This document shows positions 52,022 to 64,000 of a stretch of DNA of 64,000 bases, piece after piece. The stretch is from Octopus vulgaris (taxonomy: Eukaryota), in assembly GCA_951406725.2 (NCBI GenBank), contig OX597814.1:107570001-107634000 (forward strand), in the 5' to 3' direction. The translations under genes were made by a program, and so were the position numbers. The notes beneath the pieces are model-generated. The model was not told the DNA's origin, searched no databases, and saw only the letters and a program-made list of their open reading frames with translations. The stretch's first letter is position 1, and every line of letters starts with the position of its first letter.

Positions 52022-52668
52022 CGACGGGCTACTTTCAGTTTCCCTCTACCAAATCCACTCACAAGGCTTTGCTCAGCCTGAGGCTATAGTAGAAGACACT
52101 TGCCCAAGGTGCCATATAGTGGGACTGAACCCGGAACCATGTGGTGTATATATATATATATATAGACTATATATTATTCATATAAATACAGTGTACATTT
52201 AAACACATAAGAGGTATCCATTATGGGATACTTGGCATGCTAGAAAGAATAGCCAAAATCCAAACCACTATTAGGGATAAATTTCGAAGGGAATGAAAAA
52301 TAAAAACATTTACCATCTATCTCTTGGACCATGGTTTCTGACTTTATATTAGCAAATAGTAATAGAGCTAAAAGCTCCCTAAACCACATATTTTTTACTC
52401 CATTAACACTTTCAACCTGTGCTAGTAGAGTGAAAAATATGTGCTTTATAGAACTATTAGCATCTATTTCTAGCATGTTGGTGTGGTTTATTCAGACCCT
52501 TTGCTCTGATTATATCTATATAATTATATATCAAAATATGGGGGTTTAGTTCACATGTGATCTAAACAACTAGTTACAGTGGGTAAGTGCTGTAAGGGAT
52601 TACCAGGGCTCCAAGGTTATAGCCAAGATGGGAGTTATGGAACCATTGCAGATTTCCGATATAGCGGA

Positions 52669-53022
52669 TACATAATTGTTAAAGAGGACAACAAACGCTA
52701 AGGCTAGACAAACATCTCAAGTCATATACATTAGTATTATTTAGAAAAAAATATATTCAAAAATCTTACAGCTGTTTCTGGGATATCCCAGAATATGGGA
52801 TAGTCCATCATCGGAGACAAATAGGGACAATCTATACTCTTCTGTGTGTTTATCCCCCAGCATTGCTTTTCCCTATTTATCTCTGTTGATGGAATATCCC
52901 TTGTTTTGGAATATCTCAGAAACAGCTGTAAGACTTTGACTTTTTCCAATAATAATAATAATGTATATGACTGGAGATGTTTGTCTTGCCTTAACGTTTG
53001 TTGTCCTCTTTAACAATTATAT
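52669..53022. mobile_element. inverted-repeat element (arms ~160 bp), each arm carrying a type I hammerhead-like motif; Penelope-pLTR-like
   Basis: Arms 52669-52830 and 52867-53022; cores C(C)GATGA..GAAACAGCTGTA (minus) and CTG(T)TGA..GAAACAGCTGTA (plus). Confidence 0.7.
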
Positions 53023-53279
53023 AATTTATATATCTGTATAAATAGTTACCTAAATGGTTTTAACATGCTGGCCACTTGATAAAATCATTTAATGGTTTTA
53101 TCTTTCATTGATTAATTATATGTGTATGTGTGTGTGTGATAGCCGTCTTTACCCACAAATAAATAACATTTAACCACCAATGTGGTGTTGAGCACACATT
53201 CTCACTTTTCAATCATCATCATCACCACCAACACCATCACCACCACCACTACCACCACCACCACCATATGTACCACATG

Positions 53280-55550
53280 ACCAGCACAGTTTTCCATGCA
53301 ACATCTGAAGCCCCTAAGACCCATTTTTTCTTTTAAAATCCTTACAATCTGTTGCACATGCACACTGACATTGCACATCCCATGGAATATGTTGGCTACA
53401 TTCCTTTCAAGCCTTTGCATGTCCTCTACAGTTACAGCCCATGTTTCACTGCCATGTAGCATGGCTGTTTGTTCACAGGCATCATACAATCTGGCTCCTG
53501 ATCTGTGGGAGAAGTCCTTTGTTACCAACTAATAAGTACCAGTCCTATTCCAGTTATATGTAATTCAGGCCATAGCCTAATGAAAATAGAACACCAAATG
53601 CAAGCTGTAGATAAGACTGGCTTAAAAAAACATTTATTGTTGCAAAACAATTTACAGCAGGTTTTATAGATAGGAAATGAACCAATCAGGATTAACCTAT
53701 TTCTTTACTACCCACAAGGGGCTAAACATAGAGTGGACAAACAAGGACAGACAAAGGGATTAAGTCGATTACATCAACCCCAGTGCGTAACTGGTACTTA
53801 ATTTATCGACCCCGAAAGGATGAAAAGCAAAGTTGACCGTGGCGGAATTTGAACTCACAACATAACGGCAGACGAAACACTGCTAAGCATTTTGCCCAGC
53901 GAAACCATCATACACACACACACACGGGCGATAGACTGAATGACACATAACACGTAGTCGTGAGTTCAAGATGTAACACCAACAAAGCTCTCTGAACTTT
54001 GCCCTATTCTTATTCTAGCATCTACACTCTCAGAACATCCTCCTTCACTGCTGACTTGGGATCCAGTTAATGGAAGCTATCTATTACTTTTAAGGATACC
54101 ACTGGGCATTTGACAGGGTCTATATTCTGTACATTCCTAGTGTTAATTGTACCTGCACATCTGCTCCAAACAAAGATTGTTTTCTCTGTTAGCCTTCCTC
54201 TGATACTACTGCACTTCTTATGTGTTCATAGCTTAAAGTGGGTACACCATATGGATTTTCTGCCTAGACTTTTTCTACATATCAAGCAGGGCCATCTTCC
54301 AGAAGGGATTTATGATTTTTCTGTTTTCCTACTTACTAGTGGTTTGGTCAATGGTAAACTAATTCTAAGTTCACTTGACGCCAGATCTTTTATTCTTTTA
54401 TTCTTTTGTTTGTTTCAGTTATTTTGATTGTGGCCATACTGGAGCACTGCCTTTAGTTGAGCAAACCGACCCAGGACTTATTCTTTGTAAGCCTAGTACT
54501 TATTCTATCAGTCGCTTTTACCGAACTGTTAAGTCATGGAGATGTAAACACACCAGCATTGGTTGTCAAGTGATGTCGAGGGGGACACACACGCAAACAT
54601 ACACACACACACAGACACAGACACACGCACATACACACACAAACACACACACACGCACACACACACACACACACACACTCACACACATATACGATGAGCT
54701 TTTTTTAGTTTCCATCTACCAAATCCACTCACAAGGCCTTTGGTTGGCCTGAGGCTATAGTAGAAGACACTTGCCCTGCCCAAGGTGCCACACAGAAGGA
54801 CTGAACCTGGAACCATGTGGTTGGGAAGCAAGCTACTTACCACCTGAAATTTTGTCTCTAGTTCTCGTAATAATTCAGCTATAAGAACTTGATCATCAGC
54901 ATAGAGGGGCCCCCAAGGGCAGCCGGTCTTATATTCCTGTTATGGCCTGGAGGACTATGATGAACAAGAAGGGACTGAGAACCAATCCTTGGTGAAGCAC
55001 CTGTACACCAAATTCTTTGCTATACTTGTTGTCAATTTTCCCCTTATGGACAGTATCCTTGTACATGCCTTGTACAGCTCTCACCAACCTCTCATCTATC
55101 CCTAGCTTCTGCATTGACCAGCAGATAAGGGAGTTGGGGTCCCTGTCAAAGGCTTTCTCCATGTCAACAAAAGCCAAGTACAGGTGTTTATTTTTGGCTA
55201 AATACTTCTGCAGCTGCCTTACCAGGAATATAACATCAGAGTTCTTCTCCCTGGCACAAAACCGATCTGCATCTCATCTAGACTAACTCTCTTCTTAATT
55301 AGTCGAGCTATGATCCTCTTTTTAACTTTCATCACCTGGTCCAGTAATTTAATACCATTGTAATTATTTCCATCTAAGGCATCACCTTTACCTTTGTAAC
55401 AGTTGATCATAATGCTGCTACACCAGTCATTAGGGATGACTCCCTCACGGAAACCTAATCAACCATATGGATGACAAAGGCCATATTCCACTCAACGAGA
55501 TATTTTAAGCATCTCAGCAGTGGTACCTGATGGGCTGGGGCTTTCTCTGT
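53280..55550 (-). mobile_element. fragmented RTE LINE RT region split by SINE insertions (53695-53900, 54390-54843)
   Basis: Collinear pieces YKGKGDALDGNNY, AFVDMEKAFD, HQGLVLSPFLF, YADD, LYDAC..MLHGSETW. Confidence 0.88.
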
Positions 55551-55749
55551 CATTTCCTTAATCACTTAGCGTGTGTGTGTAGATGACGTTGGTAAGTAAA
55601 TTCCTAGTAGATATTATTACTGTTCCAGGAAGAATTGTTTTAAAGAGTTTTCAAGAAATGGCCTTGCATAGAAATTATTTCAATGAGATTGTTGTAAAAA
55701 ATTTGTCTTGTCATTTCCGAGGAATATTTAAGAATTCTGTCATGTTATA

Positions 55750-56530
55750 AACATGGCAGAAGTGGACATAAGTGGATGGAAAGTGGTCAGATTGGATAGA
55801 AGTGGTCAGAGGTGGAGAGAAGTAAACAGCGGGGTACAAGAAAGGACAGAAGAGAAAAAAAATGGAAGAAAAGGCAAAAAAAAAAGGACAGAAAGTGGAC
55901 AAACGGTAAAATAAATGGACAAAAGGATGTGGATGTGGAGAGAAATCGACAAAAGAGGCCAGAAGAGGACAGAAATAGTCAAAGAACTGGGGAAGAGGTG
56001 GACAGATAGAGACAGAGGTGGACACAAATGAATAGAAGAGCACAGTTGGCATAAAGGGACATTAATATGCAAAGGGGGATAGATGTGGACAGATAGAGAC
56101 AAACAGGGGACAAAAAAAGTTGGATGTCAATAAAAGAGGACAGAAAATAAAAGAGATGGAAAGAAGAGGACAGAGTTGCACAGAGATGAGCAGAATGGTG
56201 ACAGAAGTGGACAGGAGAAGACATAGGGAGATAAAAGGGGGTAGAATTTAAAAGGGGAAGACTATAACAGATGGAAGTGGACAGAGGTGGACATAAGTAA
56301 GAGATAAGTGAAGAGAAGTGGGCAGAAGTAGACAGAAATTGTCAGAAGTAGACATAGGAGGACAAAAGAGGGTACAAGTTGACAACTTGAGAGAAGAGGA
56401 CTGAGGTGGACAAAAGGGAACAAGAAGGGAAAGAAGTGGACAGAGAAGAACAATAGTGAGCAGAATTAACAGAAGCAGACAGAGGAAGACATTAGTGGAC
56501 AGAAGTGAACAGGAGAACAGAGAAAGGAGA
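55750..56530. repeat. degenerate purine-rich ~10-bp minisatellite (AAGTGGACAG/AGAGGACAGA)
   Basis: Recurrent gtggaca/gaggaca motifs with strong strand purine bias. Confidence 0.75.
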
Positions 56531-57266
56531 GTAGTAGAATTACCAGTTTGTTTGTTTCATTTTGCGTTTGTTTTTTTTTTGTTTATGTTTTTTTTTTGAA
56601 AATCAAAGTAAAAGAATTTGGTTTAGATTCTTAGAAAAGAAAGATATATAAATGGCAAATAAAAAAAATCTGAAATATTTTCAAATACTGAGAGGAAAAC
56701 AAAAGACTGGATAAGATAATGGTGGAATGGAATAATGGAATGTTTTGTAATTCAGCAGTTTTTCCCATTTAAAGTGTTTTTACATAATAAGTATAAGACA
56801 TGTTTATCATTTGGACAAACTATTTGGTACTTAACAGATCGTTGCTCCAAGACAAAAGCAAGATAGTGTTGCTGACAATACGATGGACACTTTGGAATTT
56901 GTTCTCAAGATTCCTTCCGGTATTAAAATATTTCATGTCTTATTGACAACAACTCATCAGTGGACCATCTTTGGGATATTTTTAGTAAAGAGATCTTCAG
57001 ATTTAGTCTTTGGCCTTGAAAGATTTTCATCACATTTTCCTCATCGTCATCATTGTCATCATCATCATCATCATTTTCATCATCATCCTCATCGTTTTAA
57101 TGCCTGCTTTCCCATGCTCACAAGGACCAGATGGAATTTGTTGAGTTTAGATTTTCTATAGCTTGGTACCCTTCCAACTGCAAACCATCAACTGTTTTCC
57201 AAGCATCACAAAATTTCAACACACACACACATACAAGCATACATATACATATACATACATACATAC

Positions 57267-57302
<36 letters not shown>

Positions 57303-58684
57303 GGCGTTAGGAAGGGCATCCAGCCGTGGAAACACTGCCAGATCAGACTGGAGCGTGGTGCAGCCTCCTGGCTTCCCAGACCCTGGTTGAACCATCCAAC
57401 CCATGCTAGCATGGAAAACGGACATTAAACGATGATGATGATATATATATATATATATATATATGTATCAAATGAAATAAAGAACAGAACACAAAGGATG
57501 TCGCGGTACACATGTTTCGAGCTTTATAAAACAACTTATTCTTACATCAATGTATAATCAACATAACAGATAGTTTAAAGCCCTCTTCAGCTGCATGCAA
57601 TTGCTACACCAAAGACTTGTATCACATTATGAAATGTCTGAGAAAGAACATTTGGTATTATTTATAATGGTAGGTAAACTGAGTATCACTGAGAAAGTAT
57701 GTTTGTAAATCTTCATAATCAAATAGGTGTACAGGGTATTATTGGACTCCAAAAATCCGTCCAAACCGTTTTCTCACTCAATATGTATGTTCTTATTTTT
57801 ATCATTTTGTCTCCATTTTTTTGATGTCCTGTACCCATATATCCATGTATATTTACATATATATGTACATATGTACATATATGTATGTTTATATGCATAT
57901 ATTCATATATTATTTATATTATTATATGATCGAACGCCACGTATCCTTTTCCAAGTAAGTTTTATCTTAATAATTCCAATGCATACTCTTGTCCTATCTC
58001 TATTCTTTCTATCTATCTCCCTCTCTTGTTCTTCCTTTCTGTTTTTCTCCCACCCTTTCCCTATTCTTCTCCTCTTCCCTTCACTGTTCCCCCTCTCTCT
58101 CTCTCTCTCACTTTTCCTCCATGACTCTCTCGTTGTTCACATGTGACCAACAGCTATCTATCTTCCTTTCTTCCACTTCCTTCCTAAAGACAAGATGTGC
58201 TTTTGCCTCTCTCTTCTCAAAGCTTGTTTTTCCAGCATTTACCACTTCATCTCGTCTTGGCTTAACATCCCTCCCCATTTGTTTTTATTGTTCTGTTCTT
58301 AATGTCCTGTTTTTGTTACCACTTTAACCCTCCGCAAAAAATCCCAAATTTTATTTAATTTGCTTTGCAGGAAGGACTGTTTTAACAAAGTCACATCTTG
58401 TCCTTACCTTTGAAATGCAGAGTAGATAAAACAGGGGACAACTGATGAAGGCAATGTTCTTTATGTTGCCTGTCTCATTTCTCTGTTTGTTTCTTTCTTT
58501 CATTGTTCGAAAAAAAGTACATTTTCTATATTTTTGTTTTTTATGCTCTCATTTCTCATTTTGTTTACGATTTTTTTTATGCCCTGTACTCATATATGCC
58601 TGTATATATACATATATATGTAGGTATGTACACATATGTATGTATATATGCATATATTTATATATCATTTATATAAATATATAT

Positions 58685-59107
58685 AGGAGTGGCTGTGTGG
58701 TAAGTAGCTTGCTAACCAACCACATGGTTCCGGGTTCAGTCCCACTGCGTGGCATCTTAGGCAAGTGTCTTCTGCTATAGCCCCGGGCCGACCAAAGCCT
58801 TGTGAGTGGATTTGGTAGACGGAAACTGAAAGAAGCCTGTCGTATATATGTATATATATATATATATAATATATGTATGTGTGTGTGTGTTTGTGTGTCT
58901 GTGTTTGTCCCCCTAGCATTGCCTGACAACCAATGCTGGTGTGTTTACGTCCCCGTCACTTAGCGGTTCAGCAAAAGAGACTGATAGAATAAGTACTGGG
59001 CTTACAAAGAATAAGTTCCGGGGTCGATTTGCTCGACTAAAGGCGGTGCTCCAGCATGGCCGCAGTCAAATGACTGAAACAAGTAAAAGGGTAAAAGGGT
59101 AAAGGGT
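58685..59107 (+). mobile_element. near-complete tRNA-derived SINE (dominant family in the window)
   Basis: A-box tggctgtgtggt, B-box gggttcagtcc, internal (TA)/(TG) tract, simple-repeat tail; more than 10 related copies in the window. Confidence 0.85.
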
Positions 59108-59504
59108 AATATATATATATATATATATTCACAATTTAGGTGAATCTTCAAATTCCTCTTGCTACTGTTAATAGAATTATAGTACAATTCAAAAGTCAAA
59201 GAAAAGAATCAACAGATTCTCGTTCTGGCCAACATGGGCTCTTGGAAAGGAAGCTTCGCTGTTTGAAGAGAATCTGTGGAAAACGAATCCCATTTAAAAG
59301 CTTCACTATTTGAAGAGAATTTGTGGAAAATGAATCCCATTCAAAGTATTCTGACATTGCAAAACAACTAGAAGTTACTCCAAGAACATGTGTTGCATAT
59401 CTTCTTGCATGACATTGACTGATTTACGCAACTAGATCACCCAATTGAGATAAACAACAGAGTTCGTTCAGAGTTCAGACATTATATGATGATGATGATG
59501 ATTT

Positions 59505-59532
<28 letters not shown>

Positions 59533-59535
<3 letters not shown>

Positions 59536-59833
59536 GAATTTGTACGAAGTGTAATGATGCTTAAAAAGCATACTCCTGCTAGAAATAAGAGCTAAAGTCT
59601 TAAATTAATCCACTGTACAGCACCAAGATTACAGAGAAAAACGGTCAGTTTAGGACATAAACTGCGTACTATTTTATTTTATGCTGTTGAATGTATTAAT
59701 TCTTTCCATTTTCCTCACATACTGCTTTTCTCTGTAATCTTGGTGCTGCACAGTGGATTAATTTAAGACTTTAGCTCTTATTTCTAGCAGGTGTATGCAT
59801 TTTAAGCATCATGACACTTTGTGCAAATTTATA
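59533..59833. repeat. imperfect inverted repeat, ~108-bp arms with 85-bp spacer
   Basis: 59533-59640 is complementary to 59726-59833. Confidence 0.85.
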
Positions 59834-59863
59834 ATTCAAAGCTCTATTTCGCCAGCAATCCAC

Positions 59864-60740
59864 TTAGTTAGTTAGTTAGTTAGTTAATTTGGCTCAAAAG
59901 CAAATAGCAAGGCCATGTAGGGGGACATGGAGTTAAGTACAGGGTGGTGTTCATGTAAAGAGTTCAGGCCACTTGAGGTCCAGGGAGGCTTTGAACAAAG
60001 CGGTCGTCGGCATCTTCACCATCTCGTCTGGCAGCTTGTTCCACGGATCCGCAACCCGGATGGAGAAAGCTCCTCTCCTTCGATTGAGATGAAATCGTCG
60101 CAGGTAGAGCTTTTCGGAATGACCCCGCAGCCGACGCTCCGGAGCAGGAGTGAAGAACAGCTCTTTCGAGAGGTTACACTTCCTGCTTATGATGTTGTGG
60201 GCGAGAATGAGATCACCACGGCAGCGGCGTTTTTCAAGAGAATAAAGGTCGAGCGTCCTCAGCCTTTCTTCGTAGGACAAATTTTTGAGACCATGAACCA
60301 TGCGGGTAGCCAGCCTCTGGACTCTTTCGAGATGCTGTATGTCTTTGAGGAGATAAGGAGAAGAGGCTTGAATCCCATACTCCAATATGGGTCTCACCAG
60401 CGTGACATAGAGTGGTAGGAATATGGCTGCTGTGAGCATTCCGAATGACCGTCGAATCAAAAACAGAATTCCGCGCGCTTTGTTGGCAGCATGGACGCAC
60501 TGGGCCGAAGGCGAAAAGGAGGAATCCACCAAGATACCCAGGTCCTTTACCTGATCGGTCCTCTCCAGCAGCAGACGACCCGGCTCGAAATCAAGTTGAG
60601 TTGCAGGAGTAGAGCCGACAGGCAGATGACAGCACTTTGACACGTTCAGACACAGGTCCCAATCGTTAGACCACTTCCAAATTTGGTGGAGGCATCGACG
60701 AAGATCCTCTATACTACCGCGAGGAGCGACCAGTTTGATA
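59864..60740 (-). mobile_element. 5'-truncated CR1-clade LINE with open RT C-terminus and (TAAC)n tail
   Basis: NVSKC..VKDLGILVD..YVTLVRPILEYG..LERVQRLATRMV..LSYEERL..RGDLI..RGHSEKL..FSIRVADPWNKLP; stop at 59951; ttag repeats at 59864-59886. Confidence 0.93.
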
Positions 60741-60848
60741 TGTCACTGCTGGTGATATCAATTTTAGACTTTATCCACAGATGATATGAACAGTAGTGAC
60801 ATCTTATTTCAAATCTTAGTGTTTGAATGTTTTGCTTATATATATATT

Positions 60849-60884
<36 letters not shown>

Positions 60885-61346
60885 TGTGTATATATATTTA
60901 TATATATATATATATATATATACACATACATGCCAAACTTTTTTCAGTTTTCCTCTACCAAATCAATTCACAATGCTTTGGTCAGCTCACTTGCCCAAGA
61001 TATTGTACAATGGGGCCGAACCTGAAACCACATGGTTGGGAAGCAAGCTTCTTAACCACACAACTACACCTGTGCCTCTAAAATGTGTGCATGCACATGT
61101 GTGTGCTTGATGTACTTTGTTGTAGATTTTCCTCAAGTCAGGCATCCTTGTTGCCAACCTTCAACTGTTTTCAAGTCTGGTAATGTTTTTTCTCCAAGGC
61201 TGGATGTGTTTTGACAGATGACTGGAAATGAAGGCTGACACTTGTATGAAGGTGACACTCATTTCTCTCTGTTGCTTAAACCCTAAATGAGGAGGCACAA
61301 CCATTGCTGCACATTATAATCATATCTCAAGCAAATAAAATAACAG

Positions 61347-62053
61347 GAAATATATGCATGTATATGAAATGACTATGAAATATATGCATCTATATGAAAT
61401 GGCATGAAATATATGCTTGTATATGAAATGGCATGAAATATATGCATGCATATGAAATGGCATGAAATATATGCTTGTATATGAAATAGCACGAAATAAA
61501 TGCATGTATATGAAATGGCATGAAATATATACATGTATATGAAATGGCATGAAATATATACATACATATGAAATGATATGAAATATATGCATGTATACGA
61601 AATGGTATGAAATATATGCATGCATATGAAATGACATGAAATATATGCAAGCATATGGAACAACATGTAATATATGCGTCTATATGAAATGACATGAAAT
61701 ATATGCATATATATGAAAAGACATGAAATATATGCATGCATATGAAATAGCATGAAATATATGCATGTATATGAAATGGCATGATATATATGCATGTATA
61801 CGAAATGGTATGAAATATATGCTTGTATATGAAATGGCATGAAATACATGCATGCATATGAAATGGCATGAAATATATGCATGAATATGAAATGCTATGA
61901 AATATATGCATGTATACGAAATTGTATAAAATATATGCATGCATATGAAACGACATGAAATATATGCATGTATATGAAATGACATGAAATATATGCATGT
62001 ATATGAAATGGTATGAAATATAAGCATGCATATGAAATGGTATGAAATATATG
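61347..62053. repeat. 29-bp tandem satellite (GAAATATATGCATGTATATGAAATGGCAT), about 24 copies
   Basis: Unit starts at 61377, 61406, 61435 give a 29-bp period. Confidence 0.95.
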
Positions 62054-62849
62054 CCCATTACTTTTATCTCTATCTTCCAATGCATTGTTTGCGTAAATGC
62101 ATTTGTATATGAAGCATAATTTTCACCGCTAGCTCTAAATTCTAAAGAAAAGTCGGCAGAGACAACTTTAAAAGTCATTGAATCCCACAACTAACACAGG
62201 TAGGACATAATATTGAGTAATAAACCCTGAATATATTTGGTAGTTTATTATGGTTGCTAAATGAAAGATGATCTCCCTACAAACAATTGATATTTAAGAT
62301 TTTGGTAAAGTAATAATTATATTTATCAGATTCTTAAATATATTGCTTTAAAGAATAGTTTTAATGTAATTAATTATTACCTCGTTAAGGATTAGCATGT
62401 TGATAAACAGTTCTGTTACCAGAAACATGACAATGGTGGAACATTCCTTCCTCAATTTTATCAATGACTAAGTGGTTGCCATTGACAACAAATCTGCTGT
62501 GACTGCTTTATTGATTGGTTTTATTGTTGTTTTTGAAATTCTCAACCCAGATCTTCAATTTGATATTATCCATAGAGATATGGTAACTATGGGCCTGCTG
62601 TAGATTCCATTTGATTTTCCTTCCCCAAGCAATATCACAATGACTCATCGGAGGAAATGTTGATTTTATTTCTTTGCTGGACCTCATATATATTAAGCCT
62701 CAATGTTTAATTTTAGGGTCCATTCATTGTTTAACCCTTCTGGGACCATATTTCTACTGAAATACACTGATTTTGTTTCAATTAGTTTGTTAGGGTTTGT
62801 GTTGTTTTGTTGGCTGTTTGCTGCCCTTAGGAGGTGGCAACAGGTTGAA

Positions 62850-63386
62850 TTCATGAATGAAAATGTGTTTCTTGGGCTGCGCGAGGAAGTAACTGAATGT
62901 CACCCGCAGACATTTAACAGAAGATTTTATTGTCGCACATAAAGACAAACTGCATTGGTCTTTTATTGATAACATCAGCAATAATTACCAACTGGGAGAG
63001 AAGGAAAAACCATGCAGCGTTTGAAGAAGTTACTTATGAGCCTTAGAGTGAATGTTTAATTTTAGTCTGTCCAAGAACCTGGAGAAGTCTGTAGAAATAT
63101 CTGGAACTGTATGATGTGACAAGAATGGAGGCACATATTACTCAACTGCCTCAATATTTTGCATGGCAAGAGGTGAGATGTGTGAATGAGTCACCCACTC
63201 TTAATGCTCTGCAAAGAACTTAGGTGCCAAAAGTGGCTTTATATGAGGCACAAGAAGATTCTAGAAGAGTGAATCACATGACTGCTTGACACCTAATGGT
63301 TGCTTAAATGACCGATCATGTGAAGCAACTGTGGTTTATTTGTGATGTATGACAGGGTACCTAGTGGTTTGGTTTCAAATCACTGC
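62850..63386. mobile_element. dispersed repeat paralogous to 18560-19065
   Basis: Shared blocks ending in tttcaaatcactg. Confidence 0.55.
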
Positions 63387-64000
63387 AACAAGTTTTTAAA
63401 ATAATGAAGAATTTAGTAATATAATTGAATTATTACTAAAAGCTGGTGAAATTGTTTTGAGAGGAAGATTTTAATTAAGATCACTTTAACCCTTCTGTTA
63501 CCATATTTCTGTTGAAATCCACAGTTTTTGCTTCAACTGATTTTGAAAATAACTTTCTCATTATTAATCTGGTGTTAAGAACATAATTTTACATGAAATT
63601 TTGATGGAATGTTTTAATTTAGATCTCTTTAACACTAGGAGTTTATATCATGGCATGAGGGGTGGTCACAGATGGATTGGTTTCAATCAAAAGATGAAAG
63701 GGTTTCATGATAACTGAGTTTCTATCTCTCAGTCACTGATGATTCATAGTTGGAACAATCAGTGAATGCATTTGAAACATCATTAAATTTAAATAGCCAT
63801 CTGCATATTATACTAAATGTAAAAACACCATTAAAAGACATGATGCTGTGGCTTTTGTTTGAGAGAAAATCTCTTTAGAGACATGTGTTGAAAACACAAA
63901 ATGTATGAAAGAGAGATGAACATTGTCTCAGTAGTGACTCACTTGGCTTTCTTGGGCCTCGTCAATGTAGTGCACTTATTTATCATTTGCTAAAATGAAA

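Noticed and set aside
59250-59347. 47-bp tandem duplication
   Set aside because: Two copies only, no structure; ordinary local duplication
59927-60418. 163-aa plus-strand ORF
   Set aside because: Antisense shadow of the CR1 RT frame
61320-62190. Overlapping repetitive ORFs up to 266 aa
   Set aside because: Artefacts of the 29-bp satellite

Overview
AT-rich, microsatellite- and transposon-rich animal genomic DNA. The SINE/RTE repertoire and miRNA variants suggest a coleoid cephalopod, probably Octopus (inference). The left 15 kb holds the first seven coding exons (187 codons, all GT-AG and phase-consistent) of a minus-strand PPP4R1 gene (protein phosphatase 4 regulatory subunit 1). Its intron 7 contains a same-strand miRNA polycistron: one miR-71 hairpin followed by nine miR-2 hairpins (239-2342), including four near-identical, recently duplicated copies and one copy with an altered 5' end. 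A CCAAT/YY1-type promoter at about 14.7 kb may be bidirectional. The remaining ~48 kb has no convincing host exons. It is a mosaic of tRNA-derived SINEs, RTE, CR1, L2, REL-type and Penelope fragments, mariner/hAT/piggyBac MITEs, long inverted repeats, a 29-bp satellite and large simple repeats. Several repeat-derived segments carry minimal type I hammerhead-ribozyme-like cores (at least six), including a head-to-head pair and one adjacent to a tRNA-like Pol III head. Most ORFs in the supplied track are microsatellite artefacts.
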